From contig CDMY01000347.1 in assembly GCA_001179505.1 (NCBI GenBank), positions 186,001 to 250,000 on the forward strand: a stretch of DNA of 64,000 nucleotides. The letters are read 5' to 3'. The stretch is from Vitrella brassicaformis CCMP3155 (lineage: Eukaryota; Protista; Chromerida). Below the pieces are notes generated by a model. That model ran no database searches. It had not been told where the DNA came from and worked only from the letters and a program-made list of their open reading frames with translations. The position numbers and the translations under genes were made by a program. This document shows positions 11,590 through 24,167 of the stretch, piece by piece (position 1 is the stretch's first letter; each line of letters begins with the position of its first letter).

Positions 11590-14271
11590 TGACCATCGGA
11601 AGTGTCAACCCATGTGTGCACAGCTGATGGTCCGTGCTCTGTTCGCGAACCTTCCAGCAGCGCACGAGGGTGCAGCAAAGATGCGGCTGGGCTTCTTGAC
11701 CACAGCCTTCTTCTCGGAAACCTTGCCCTTCGAGTATGCCCGCAACGGCTGTAACCGCAGATCTGGCGATTCTGGCCAGACCCCCGCCAAGATCGTCCTG
11801 AAAATGCGAACCATCTTCCTTCTTTTGGTCCCGCTGGGCCTCAGGGCCGTGCTTGTGCATTCCAATGGTGAGATCACACCACCAAGCACACGAGCAAACA
11901 CGACGATGCATCTCGATGTCATTTCCTTCCGTGCAGGGCCGTCTGTTGGTGGAAGGGGCCTCCAGGAGCTCAAGAAGAAAGTGGCGGGCATCAGCACAGA
12001 CGGCGATAAGGCAAAGGAGAAAGACCTGCCATCAAAGAAATGCTTCTGGGTACGCACGACTGATGGATGCCATGGGATGCATGTGGTCCGATGGATGCAT
12101 CTGTTGCATGCTATTGGCTGATGGGTATGTGATCTGATCCATATGCAGGATGGTGAGTGTTCCGTCAAGTCAGGTGAGCGGTGCATGCCTCCGCCAGCCA
12201 ACAAGAAGACTGGCCAGAGCAGACTCGGCCTGGCCAGTGCCGGCATCTGCACAAAGGTCAATGCCAGCTGCCCTCTCAAGCTCACCAACTTCCACGTCTC
12301 AGCCAAACCCCCAGCACAGGTGCGTGCATAGACAGGAAACCGACCCACCAATTGACTCATCGGAATGGCCTTCGAACCGTCTTGTTCTGGTCTTCCTGCA
12401 CTCTTGTTTGTGTCATCGATCGGGTCAGGTGTTGACTTCGTTCAGTTTGGCTGATTGCAACGGCAAGCCGGTGGCGTCCGATGTGCGCTTCAGGGTGGAA
12501 GAGGTCAGCGCGGGGGCACATGGCTGCCCAACAAACATGCTTCCCCATTGATCGTTGTCTTTGTGGATGGCTGGCAGGACGGCGAATGGGACAGCAATGA
12601 GAACAGTTGGTACCTGCTGCAGGTGCGGTGCGGGAGGGATGGGGCCATGGATGGGATGGATAGCTAGAGGCATCGATCATCCTGAGCCTCATGTGTCTGC
12701 ATCAATGCGTCAATCTGTGTATGTGTGCGCCGCAGAATGCAACGTCCAAGTCGTTTGTGATGTTTCTGGTCGACATGTCCGCGTCTGCGAGAGAGTCACT
12801 CGTCGAAGCATTGCCCACAATCACCACCATCTCACTTCAGCTCTGCCGGTGAGGAAGAAACTATAGACACACACAGACAACCATCTGCGCATTCATGGAT
12901 TTCATGTCAGTGAGGGTGTGGAGTGTGCTCTGTACGCCTTCGACGGCCGCAAGGAACCCCAGAAGCTCATCGACTTCTCGAACAAGAAATTCTCGGAGAC
13001 CGTCGCGGTACACACAGCACGATGTTCCGTTTGCTCCGTCAAGCAAGCTCCCTTCGAGTGGGCATGTGTCTCATGTCGTGCAGACGGCCATAATTCGCTA
13101 TGAGACGGAGGACAGGTCAACCAATCTCTACGGAGTCATCAAACACTGTGTCGACGTCCTCATGGTGAGAACTGACCGTCTTCCACAGCATCCTCCGTCT
13201 GCGTGTCTCTGCAGGCCCGGCTGAAGCGCGAAGCCTCTAAAGAGGAGACCACTGTACAAGCAGCGGCACTCATACTCTTCTCCGACGGCAAAGTGAGCAT
13301 ACCAATCATGTCTCCCCACGCCACCGTTCCTCTGTTTCTCTCCTCCCATCCATTGCCAGGACCTGGCCCGTCGCAGCAGCCGGAGTGCGGCGATCAAGGC
13401 CGTCAACGACGGTCGAGGGCCCATCACCTTCTTCTCAGTCGCCGTCCCGCCCAAGCCAGGGTCGAGGAGCGATGAGGACTTCCTCTACGCGTTTGCCGGC
13501 GGGAAGGATTCGGGGGCCATCTACCGGCCCAAGGACGAGCGAGACCTTAAGAAACAGTTCGAGCAGCTGTTCAGCGACCTCTACGATCTCACCAACAGCT
13601 TCTATGTTATCGGTCAGAAGTAGCCGAACGAACGAAGGAGGGGAGTCATATCAATCAACGAACGTGTCTCTTGGGGTTTTCTTTCTGTCTGACAGGGTTT
13701 TGCAGTGCGTTGCGTAACGACGAGACGCACAAGGTGAACGTGACGGCCTACAGAGGAGGTGCGCCAGGTCTCGCTACTGACTAACCAACCAACCAAGCAG
13801 CAACCACATTTGCCACATCAATTATGTCTCCCCCTTGTTCCCCTTTGCCTTGTCAGGCCTTGCTGGCTATGCCCACGGCGATTTCTCCTCATCTGGCTTC
13901 AAGGGCGGCTGCAGCGAGGTGACTGAACGTGAAGACAAGCCACAGAGGGAGCCACCATTTTGGCTGATAAGTAGGGGACACACCTTTCTCTCTCTGCTTC
14001 CGTTCAGACCTTGCTGCGTGATGACGCCCAGGGAGCCCGACCCAGGTCGCCCAATTCGTCCAAGAAGCGGAAGAAGGGCAAGAAGCGGCGAATGCAGCGG
14101 CGAGAGGCCCGCCCACCGGTGCAGAAAGGACTGGTGTACAACTCCTCTCTCTATGCGATGGTGATGATGGTTGCGGTGCTGTGCGTGGCTGTGGCTGTGG
14201 CGTGGCTGGTGTTGAGAGGGGGAAAAGATAATACACGGGTGGCTGACCAAGGAGCGAATGTGGGGGCATAG
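11590..14271 (+). CDS. Multi-exon protein with a vWA-like alpha/beta domain and a C-terminal transmembrane helix; 5' end unresolved
   Basis: Exons flanked by GT/AG encode ALYAFDG, AAALILFSDGK, PITFFSVAV, FLYAFAGGKDSGAIY. The C-terminus is KKRKKGKKRR...LYAMVMMVAVLCVAVAVAWLVLRGG. Confidence 0.5.
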
Positions 14272-14614
14272 CAGTCGTGACACTCGCCTGTTTCTGGTGA
14301 TTTTTAGTGCTTTTTTCAAGGACGGTTGTCCGTGTTGTTTGTTCGTTGTATATTGTGCATGGCATGGGTCTGACTGACCTGTTTTATGAATGGATGGATG
14401 GATGATGTTCAATCGATGTGCACCGGATGTCACCGAGAAAACGCGCAAGTCATGGCTGGCTGGCCACTCGGCCACCGAACGACTCTATATGTCCACACCG
14501 CAAGACAATCGACGACAGAAAGCGCTCGGGCGGAGCGAATGCACAGACAGACAGACAGACACAGACGTGCAGCAGAGAAAGGGAAGGCACCAAAGGGATA
14601 CATGGCACGGTCCA

Positions 14615-17263
14615 TCAGAAGGCAGGTTTGGTGACGAGTCCAGCGGGCATGAGTGAGGTGACGGTCTGGAGGGGCTCGAACGATACCTCATCCAAGGGCA
14701 CACCACACTGACACACATACACACACACATATGGATGGATCATGCTGTCAGAGTGTGTGTCTGTGGGGTGCGTTGCGTACCTCTTTGAGTTTCTCTTCGT
14801 AGACCTTGATGGTGTCGTTGTATGTCTTGGTGGCCCGGTGCACCTCAAACTGAAGCTCCTTGATCAGACGATTCTTGGAACCCAGAGCCTGCACACACAC
14901 ACAGATATTCACTCTACACCTGCCCGTCTGTGTATGTGTGCGGTGACCTGGTCGAGTTTGGTGGATATGTTGGCGACTGTTGTGGGGTCGACCTGTGCCG
15001 TCCGCAACACCTCCTGCAGCTGAGCTTGCTGCAACCAAACACAAGATAGACAGAGAGAGTGACAATGAGCCTGGCATCGCACGCAAAGCACATCCATCCA
15101 TCCATCCATGTGCCAATCAAGACAGCACAGCAGTCGTCAGCTAGGAGCGAAAGGTACTTGCTTCACAGGTGCGGCCAGACTGTCTGGCCATCCTCGTATG
15201 AACTATGCGATCATCACTGGCCGCCGTGCCGCATGCCATCCCATCCCATCTGTGGTCCCGCCCACGCCCCCACGCACCCACCTTCTCGTTCATCTGCGAG
15301 GTGAGCAGGTCCAGCTTCTTCTCGAGCACGATATTCTTGAACTCGGCACGCCGCCGGATCTCCTTGACCTGCACTCGCACACACACACAGCCACACGGAT
15401 GCGTGAGTGCGGCGGTGTGGCGTCGGCTCACTCACTTACCCCCTTGTTGAATCGCTTGTAGAGATCGTCACGCTCCTTCTCGACCTGACACACAGAGTGT
15501 TCACAATGGATTGACGGGATGGATGGATGGATGCCTGTGTGTCCGTGTGCCTGTAAGTCTGTCAGTCTGTCAGTCTGTTGGGTTGCTGGCTGGCCCTGCC
15601 TTGCACCTACCTTTCTGAATCGCTCTTCGAGTGCTCTGTAATCCTGCTTGGCGTCCTTGAGTGTCTGCTCCATGTCCACACACCGAGACTTGAGATTCTT
15701 CAACGCCATCTTGTCCTAACACACACACACACACACACAGACACAGACACACAGACACACACGCATCGATGCCGCTTGAGCCTCTCTGTCTGTCACTCAC
15801 CGACCTTTGTGTAGTTCTTGAGCTGCTGTGTGAGCTCTGCGCGTAGCTTCTCCTTCTGTGCGAGCGGCTCGGCCAGCTGTTTCCTCTCTGCCTGCAGCTG
15901 GAGCATCTTCTTGTGGTGCGTCTTCTCACGCTGCTTCATCTCGTTGATCTCCTCCTGAACGAACGGAAGCACAGACAGCCACACACACGTCAGGTCAGGA
16001 CAGGCACCCGATTTGTCCGTGTGTGTGCTCTGTGTGCCTTAAGTGATCTGATGAGCTGGAGGTTGTCGTGTGTGATGTCGTTGTAGTAGGCCTTGATCTG
16101 ATCAAAGGCCTCCTGGTGATTCCTGACACACACACACACGCCGCCCGCCACGAGTTCACACGCACTCATCGTCGGCTGCTTGTCTTGTTGGCTTGCTGAC
16201 TTACTTCATGAGGTCGTTGATGTGTTGGTTCTTCCTCTCCTCTATCTCGTGGATCTCCACCTTGCGACGCAACTCAAGGTCCTCACGCAACGACTCCAAC
16301 TGATCACATACACACACACGGGCACTCACGAGTAAGCTGAAGGCCTCAGTGAGTGCGGCTCATCCATCCCCCTTCACACACACCTGTGCCTCATACTGCG
16401 TCTGCAGTTGTGTGTGGTTTCTGTCGAATTGCTCTTTCAGTTTCTGGAAGTTCCTATCGAAACCGTCCTCGATGCGCTTCACCTCCTCCTCGTTGGCCAA
16501 TCCCAACTCGCGGAAATCATACTGCAGTGACGTCTTGTCCTGAACGAATGAACACACGCCGCCCACCGGACACACACATACACAGAAGGAGAGAGAGAGA
16601 GAGAGATGAACAATCCGAATCTATTTGTGAACGCCCGAAGCTATTTGTGAATGCATTGATCCCTCCCTCTCTCCGTCCCTCCCTCCCTCCCACACGCACC
16701 GCAGCGAGCCCCTGGACGTGTTGGATGTGGTCGTCTTTCTCCTTTTGTATGTTGTCCTCTCCCTCCGACTGTATGAGTTTCTTCTGCCGCTTGTGCTCAT
16801 ACTGTAGGTGCCTTATCTTTTGCTCGTAGACGCGAATCTCCACCTGGTGGTTCTTCTCGCTCGTCTCGATCTCCTGGTCCTTGAGCAACAGAGCCGCATC
16901 CAGCTGGCCGCTCTCGTCCTTGGTCACCTCGTAGAACCGATTCACCATGTCCTGATAAAGTGATTGATTGAGATCAGATGAGTGAATCAACACACAAAGA
17001 GAGAGAGCATCAAGCCGTCTGCCCATTCATCGTGCTGTCTACTGAGTTGTTTGAGTCTTTCTTGGGTCAGTCAGCTAGTCAGTTACCCGTTCGAGCTGCA
17101 TGTAGTTTCGCTCGCTCATGGATTTGTTGAGCCTCTGCTGGTAGGCGTCGATGCGCTCCCGCAGCTGGTCAACGCCCAACGAGCGCAGCTCCACAGGGAT
17201 GTCGGCCAGCGGGTCTGCATCGGCTTTCTTGTCCTTCTTCTTCCCCTTCTTCTTCGGCGCCAT
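14615..17263 (-). CDS. DRC4: Dynein regulatory complex subunit 4 (GAS8/trypanin)
   Basis: MAPKKKGKK start. Motifs SERNYMQLER-DMVNRFYEVTK, KNHQVEIRVYEQKIRHLQYEH, VEKERDDLYKRF, EFKNIVLEKKL and KELQFEVHRATKTYND. Ends MPAGLVTKPAF*. Confidence 0.92.
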
Positions 17264-17531
17264 CCTTTCAAAGCGATATTATTAATTGGTAGTGGCCTTG
17301 AGGTGGCACTGCAGGCAGTCCACAGTGTGGCCGGGAGGCCTCCTTTCGCCTTTTCCCTTCTTCCTCCGGCGAGCTAAGCTCGCCAAGTGGAGCTCGTTCC
17401 TTTCCTTGAGGACAGCCTGCAGTGTTGGTTTGAGGCTACGGATGTGAAGAATCGTTCATCGAACCACTGGCCCGCTTTGGTTCCCGCCCGGCATTCTGTC
17501 CGTCGGCAGCCCCGGCCGCTGGCACCACCTA

Positions 17532-19024
17532 ATGATGAAGAGGTCCCGTCTATCGGTGTACACGCACGAGTGGCCCGACGAGCAGGGCGTGAGGGTGCAC
17601 ATCAACGGAGAGGAGAGGGAGAGCAGGCAGCTCGAGGTCATCCTCTACACACACCTCGTACTCGACCTCCTACCCATGCGCCTCCACTACGCAGCCGAGG
17701 CCGTCCAGAGCTCATTCAAGGCCAGCTGTGTCATCACCCGGCTGCACATCAAGAACCAGCAGCAGCTGAGGAGGCGCGCCGCTGCAGTCAGGAGAAACCA
17801 GCCCACCGCGACTCTGTCCACACCCGACTTGATGCATCGGCGCGTGCTGTCGGACTGTCTGAAGGCCGTTGATCAGCGGTGCGCCCAGGGGCCGCACGAG
17901 GGCGGTGGCGGTGGTGGAGCCAACCTGAGTGCGCGAGCGACGTCGTCGATCTTCTCGCCCAACAGCAACCGGAATGCTGTTGTGGAGGTGTCGGTGAGGG
18001 GGATGGTGCGGTCGCCGGGTCTGCTGCCGGTGCTGCCCTTGTCCCTGTGCCAGGCCATCTCTCGGCACGGCTTCCACATACTGAAAGCCGACCTGCAGAC
18101 GCAGCCGAGCAGCCTCATGAGCCTCAAGCACATCAGACGGGCCATCGCCTGCAGACCCTCGCCCTTCGCCGAGAAGGACCACGGCGACGGCACCCAGTCC
18201 ATCTCATCCTCCACACAGGCGTCGTCGTCAGCCGCCCCGGCCGCCAAGTCAGCCGCAGCTGCCAAGCCTCGCGTCAACGCTCTCAGCTCGGTGGTGCGCG
18301 TGAGGTATCAGTTCACCCTCCTGCCCACCCAGCTCATCGCCAGCCTGCTGCAGGCGATGCGCAAACCGGAAGACGAGTACTCCCGCACCCCGGACCCGGC
18401 ACACCAGTTCCTCAAGGAGCTTGAGAGAGGGCTGGTGGAGGCGGCAGCGGGATTGGGCAAGGGAGAGAGGGGGGAGAGGGGCGAGCTGCCGCTGCGGATG
18501 CCCCAGGAGTGCGACGAGGCGCTGGGAGAGGTGATCAACCTGAGGGAGGGGGCGTGTGCGTGCGGCAGTGAATGCAGCAGGGGCGCGCCGCAGCAGCAGC
18601 AGCAGGGAGGAGGCGGTGTGAGGGGTGCTGTAGCAGTGTCGGTAACGGTCAAGTGCAGGGGGCAGCCCACATCGATGGTCGGCAAACTGAGGTACACACA
18701 CACACACAAACAGAGAAACACAGGGGAGTAAACACAAACACCTGCTCTTGCTTGATGCAGGTCGTGTCTACCGTCGTGTCACCGTGGCGGTCTGGCCTCG
18801 CTGATCACGGCTGCCCACGACCTGCCCCAGCCGCGGCGCGTCAAGCCAAACCCTCTGTCATTCGGCGCCATCCAGAACGTCCAGGTGCCCGCGGGGATCG
18901 TGGAAGAGGTCAGCAAGCTAAGCTGCCTTTATGTCTGCCTCACCGTCAGTCGCCCGCCTCTCATGCGCCGTTTGCTGGTGTTGTTGGTCGGTCTGTGTGT
19001 GTGCAGGAAGCGGCCAGTGTGTGA
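17532..19024 (+). CDS. Hypothetical ~450-aa protein with weak resemblance to ribosomal protein uS3 (possibly mitochondrial)
   Basis: A 399-codon first exon splices in phase to GRVYRRVHRGG...IVEE and EAASV*. The uS3 resemblance is motif-order only. Confidence 0.55.
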
Positions 19025-19029
19025 GAGTC

Positions 19030-20120
19030 CTCAACGATTATGGATGGATGGATGGGAGTGTGATTGATTAAGAAACGGCCCTTTTTGCGCCGCATGCGGC
19101 GCAGCCCGACTGACTGACTGGCTGGCTGGCCAGGCCAATACATATGGGTTGCTCTCCTCTTTGCCTGCCTGCCTGCCTGCCTGCCTCTGTCTGTGTGTGT
19201 CTCTAGAGGAGAGGCAGCAAGGTAGCCAGCCAGCCAGCCAGCCATGTATGGTATGCACTCTGTTATGTTACTCACGCATCAATCGGCGTAGCGATTGGCT
19301 TGGCGTTTTTCTGCCTGCCTGTCTGTCTGCCTGCCTGTCTGCCAGTCATGTCATGTGGTGAGTATGTTGTTGTTTGCCACCGTAGCTGGGATGGTATGGT
19401 GCCATTCGCTCATTCACTCGTTCACTCATTCCTCCCTCCCTCCTTGAATGCCAGCCATGTCTGCTAGCCTGCCTAGCACATAGAGAGAGAATAAGTAGGG
19501 GGAATGAACAGACAAACAGATAGAAACGAAAAGATGGGTGTGGTGTGATGGGATGGGGTGGGGTATGGGCGGGGCGGGGCGAGCTGCTGAAGCTCCTGCA
19601 TGGACACACATAACGAGCGCTTAATTTGTTTTTTGTATGTGTTGACGTGTGCGTCATGCGTCTGCCTGCCTGCCTGCCTGGATGGATGGATGGAGGGAGG
19701 GAGGGAGGGAGGGCAGAATTGGGCGGTGTGCTGCCTGCCTCTCCCGAGAGAAGCAGAATTGAGACGGTGACAGTTTTGATAGCCGTAGGTAGGGATTACG
19801 TATGTGTGTGTGTGTGTGTGTCAGCGGGGAGGTAGAGAGGTATAATGATGCTGCTCTGATGGATGGATCGATGGATGGATGGACAGAACGAATGCATATC
19901 TGCATGCGATATCGTCACGTACACACACACACACATACTTCCACGAGAGCGAGAGAGCGACATTGAGTACTCACCTCTCCACCTCTCCACATCTGCCTTG
20001 CTGCCCGCCTTGTTTTTTGTGGTGTGTTTTGGCTGATGAAGCTGAAGCTGGTGTGTGTGGGGGGGAGGGTGTCCGTTGCTTGGCTCTCTCTCTCTCTCTC
20101 ACACGTACACATCAACACGT
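19030..20120. repeat. Microsatellite-dense intergenic tract ((GGAT)n, (GCCT)n, (CA/GT)n, (CT)n)
   Basis: Direct inspection; no convincing exon chain found. Confidence 0.7.
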
Positions 20121-21083
20121 CTGTGTGTTTATTAGTTGGACGGACGGCTGTATGTATCAGCAGAGAAGAAGCGATGGTGTGAGGGATTGGTTTCATCCGT
20201 ATGCAGTTGTTGTTTGTCCGATGCAGTCAGTCAGTACCTTCAGGATCAGTGGGAATGGTCTGTTCTCCAAGGCCGGTACAACACAGCCACAGCCAGACAC
20301 ACAAGCAATCAGACAGACAGACAGACAGATGAGGAGAAATGTTAGTGCTTTATCTTATCTGTCTGTCTGCGCTTTGTTTGTGAGGGGCACCCTTCATATG
20401 CACACACGCCATCCATTGCATGTTGGTGCGCTGGACGTCTGTGTGTGCGTCGATACTGACAGACATCTGCCTATGGACCGGCGCTTGAGTTGCTATCAAG
20501 TACATCTAGAGAGATGAATGGAACAGACAATTCACGCACGCACGCAGTGTGTCGTCTCAGCCAAATGCAGCCAGAAGGATCAGTCAGCTTCGTCGCACCG
20601 GTGGCCTTTCCTTAATGCTGGTGATCATAGACGCCGAGTCCCTCTCTTGCGAGTGACCCATTGCCTACCACCCCCAACACAAAGGACAGTGCCACCGCAC
20701 CGCGGACAGAACCACGCACCGGAAGTGTATCTTACCCACATTATTGCGTTCGATCATCCTATCCACCCGGACGGATGTGCCCTTCAGCCCACCAGAGTGA
20801 CCGCCTCAACCGAAACAAGAACGACTGTTCCAATCGTGACGATCACGCCACCGGCTGAAGGGCACAGCCGCACAGACAGACGGCCATACAGGCAGGCATT
20901 CAGGCACTTGGAAAAAACACAAGGCAGCATCGATCGCATCATCGCCGCCTTCTCTCTCGCTAAATGCACTAACTATACCACTCCTTCACTGTACAACCTC
21001 AAAAAACCGAGACGAACGAACGTACGTACGTCCACCCTCTCTGGCCGATCAACCTCAGCCACGTCATGACCCATCCCCTCCCC

Positions 21084-21731
21084 CTACCCCGCCCCCGCCG
21101 CCATGATCTCTCTCCTCTCATCGGGAAATTCAGGCAGCACACACGCCTGGTAGATCATCATCACACCCCAGATAAAGCTCCAAACCCAGCCCAGCACAGG
21201 AATGGCCAGCTGCACCGCTCCGATGAGGAAGTCGCTGATGTTGGACGACATGTAGCCCGCCCACATGGTGCCGACCCCGAAACTGATTGATACACAGACA
21301 GGGAGGGAGAAACGGTCAAATCGTCCCCACACATGAAGCAACAAGAGGCGCATCGTTTCCTTCCAATGGTGCTCACAGGAAGAGGTCAAGGAGTCCAGCG
21401 AGGACCTCCTCGAGCCGGTCGTTAACCACGGGCACCTGAAGGAAAGAAGCGATACAAGATGGCCGTGGCTGCTGGTCTGTCCCTGTGTGTCCGGACGTCA
21501 CCGACCCACCGACCTGCATGGCTCTGGCCCTCTGGACAGCTTGCGAACAGATGGCAGGGCCCTGCTTCGATTGGCAGACGCCCACATACAGCAGATGAAT
21601 CAACACGTAACTCCACACCAACGTGATACCTAAACGAACAACAGAGAAGGGATACACACACCCGAGAGATCTTCCTCAGTCGCGTCATATGTCTGCCCTG
21701 CCGACACGCCCACGTACCGACATAAGACCAT
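21084..21731 (-). CDS. Small membrane protein of Stum/Spec3-like family; start uncertain (frame stays open to ~22004)
   Basis: Spliced LAGLLDLFL-FGVGTMWAG...LIGAVQLAIPVLGWVWSFIWGVMMI matches the Stum/Spec3 pattern (PGxGT ... G.lQL...GWxWSIxWG) from memory. Confidence 0.6.
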
Positions 21732-22139
21732 GGGTTTGAGTGCAGCACAGACACGGCGTAGTCCAGCCGCAGCGGGATGGGCTGCAGGTTCATCTGGCCT
21801 AGCAGCGGCCGCTGCTGGCTGCGTCGCTCTCGCCGCCTCCCGCAGTTCCACTGCCAGATGTGCTGCCACACGTGCTGCCACACGTGCTGCCACCACGTTG
21901 CCATAACTCACCACCAGCTGATTGATCAGTGCTGGCGCTTTCACAAAGACTGTTTCTTCGCAGCACTGATCTTCGGAATGCTGCCGTACCAGCCGATGTT
22001 CCAAGACAGCGTTATCTCGAGAGATCCTTCTCTCCCCCTGCGTTTCTTTCTCCGGCAGGTTTCAGGGAGCACGCAGACCCTTACTCTGCGAGCTTCGGTG
22101 TTGTGGCAGATCTGCAGTGAAGAAAGGCGCTGACCTGAG

Positions 22140-23557
22140 ATGGCGGCTGCTCAGAAGGACGGCAAGTCAGGCAACGCGACTTTCCTCATCAATTTCCTTG
22201 CTGGCGGTGTGAGCGGCGGCGTGAGCAAGACCGTGGTGGCGCCTTTGGAGAGGGTCAAGCTGCTGCTGCAAGTGCAGGTGAACCAGATCTGTTCATCACG
22301 GTCACACAAGCAGGCAGATCCATGTGTTATCACTTTTGTGTGTTGTGTGTTGTGGGTGTGGGTGTGGGTGTGTTGCGTAGGATGCGTCGACTCAGATCGG
22401 CGATGGCGGGACGAAGAAGTACAAGGGCTTCGTGGACTGCTTTGTGCGGGTCTACCACGAGCAGGGCGTCGTCTCATACTGGAGGGGTAAGTGAGTGGGG
22501 GACCCACCACACACAGCCCCCAACGTCAACACAATCACAAGCCCGGACAGCCATGTATCCCCTCTTTGGCGCTGTTTGTGTGCGTGTGTGTGTGTGCGTG
22601 TGTGTGTGTGCGTGTGTGTGTGTGTGTGTGCAGGCAACTGGGCGAATGTGCTGCGTTACTTCCCCACTCAGGCGTTGAACTTCGCCTTCAAGGAGAAGTA
22701 CCAGAAGTTCTTTGTGCGGCACGATCCCAAGACAGACTTCTGGAAATTCTTCATGGGCAACCTCGCATCAGGCGGGGCCGCAGGTCAGTCACTCAGGCAG
22801 ACAGAAACAAACACAAGTGTCGTGTGTATGTGTGTCATTTTATGGCTGCAGGTGCGACATCCCTGTTGTTTGTGTACCCGCTGGACTTCGCACGGACGCG
22901 GCTGGGTGCCGATGTGGGCAAGGCGGCGCAGGAGAGGCACTTCACGGGCCTCGTCGACTGCTGCGGCAAGATATTCAAACAGGCACACAATCACACTGAC
23001 CACACCACACAGAGCAAAGGAGAGAGTCACTCTTGCAAACACTCATGCCCTGTTGCCTCTTGTCTGTCTTTATGCAGGACGGCGTGAGAGGTCTGTACTA
23101 CGGGTTTGGCGTGTCCGTGGCGGGTATCATCGTGTATCGCGCCGCCTTCTTCGGCCTCTACGACACCGCCAAGGCCATGCTCTACCGCGACCCCAAGAAG
23201 AGCAACCCACTCGTCTCATTCACACTCGGCCTGGCCGTCGAGACCGCCGCGGGCGTCGTCGCATACCCCTTCGACACGGTCAGGCGGCGGCTGATGATGC
23301 AGGCCGGGAGGGCCGATGTGCTGTACTCGTCGACCATGGACTGCGCCAGGAGGATACTCGTAAGAGAGAGAGAGAGAGGGACAAACCAAGATGCCAAGAT
23401 GCCTACCTGACTGTGTGTGTGTGTGTGTGTTTGTGTTCAGACGGAGGAGGGCGCTGCAGCGTTCTTCAAGGGCTGCTGGTCCAACGTGATGCGTGGGGTC
23501 GGCGGGGCGATCGTCCTTGTCCTTTACGACGAGATCAAGAAGGCCATACCAGCATGA
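22140..23557 (+). CDS. AAC: Mitochondrial ADP/ATP carrier (adenine nucleotide translocase)
   Basis: [59 protein letters not shown] and [13 protein letters not shown]. Stop TGA at 23555-23557. Confidence 0.96.
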
Positions 23558-24167
23558 CACCCCTCTGTTGTTCTCTTTCTCTTCTCTGTTCTCTCTTCTG
23601 ACTCCTCCCTCCTCTTGAGCACGATCCCGCCTCATGACCTCTTCCCTCTGAATGAATGAGTGATGCTGTAGAGATGTACAGCTGCTAGGCCAGACTGCAT
23701 TCATTGCATGGATGGATGAGTCCGTACGATCCCGCATTGCCGACCGGCAGTTTTGACTGACTGACTGATTGGCCTCGACGCGGTGACAGGAAGGGCTGGC
23801 TGCCGATCAGGGCGCTGTGCTATGTTTTCCGCTAGGCGTCATAAGGCGCCGAGCCTCACTGACAGTTTGTTCCATGTATTTTTGACACACACAGCCAGCC
23901 AGCCAGCCGGCCAGCCGACACGCTGAAGATGCGTGGAGCACTTGCATGTTTTCAAGACGAGGCCAAGGTATCAATGGGCCATATGTGGATGGGTGTGTGT
24001 GTCGAGCGTTGTGATTTTTGACTTCCTCCTATTCGTGTGTTGCCTTGGTTTCGTAGACTTCTGCAAGCGACGCACTGACGTCCTCGCCCAGACATCATTG
24101 TTGCTGTCAGTTGGCGTTAACGGCAAATTTACGACTCCGGTACAACACACTTGCGTATCCTTCGAAT

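Noticed and set aside
23270-23305. AAC signature reads RRRLMM rather than RRRMMM
   Set aside because: It is a single conservative change in an otherwise canonical carrier, so there is not enough to claim altered function.
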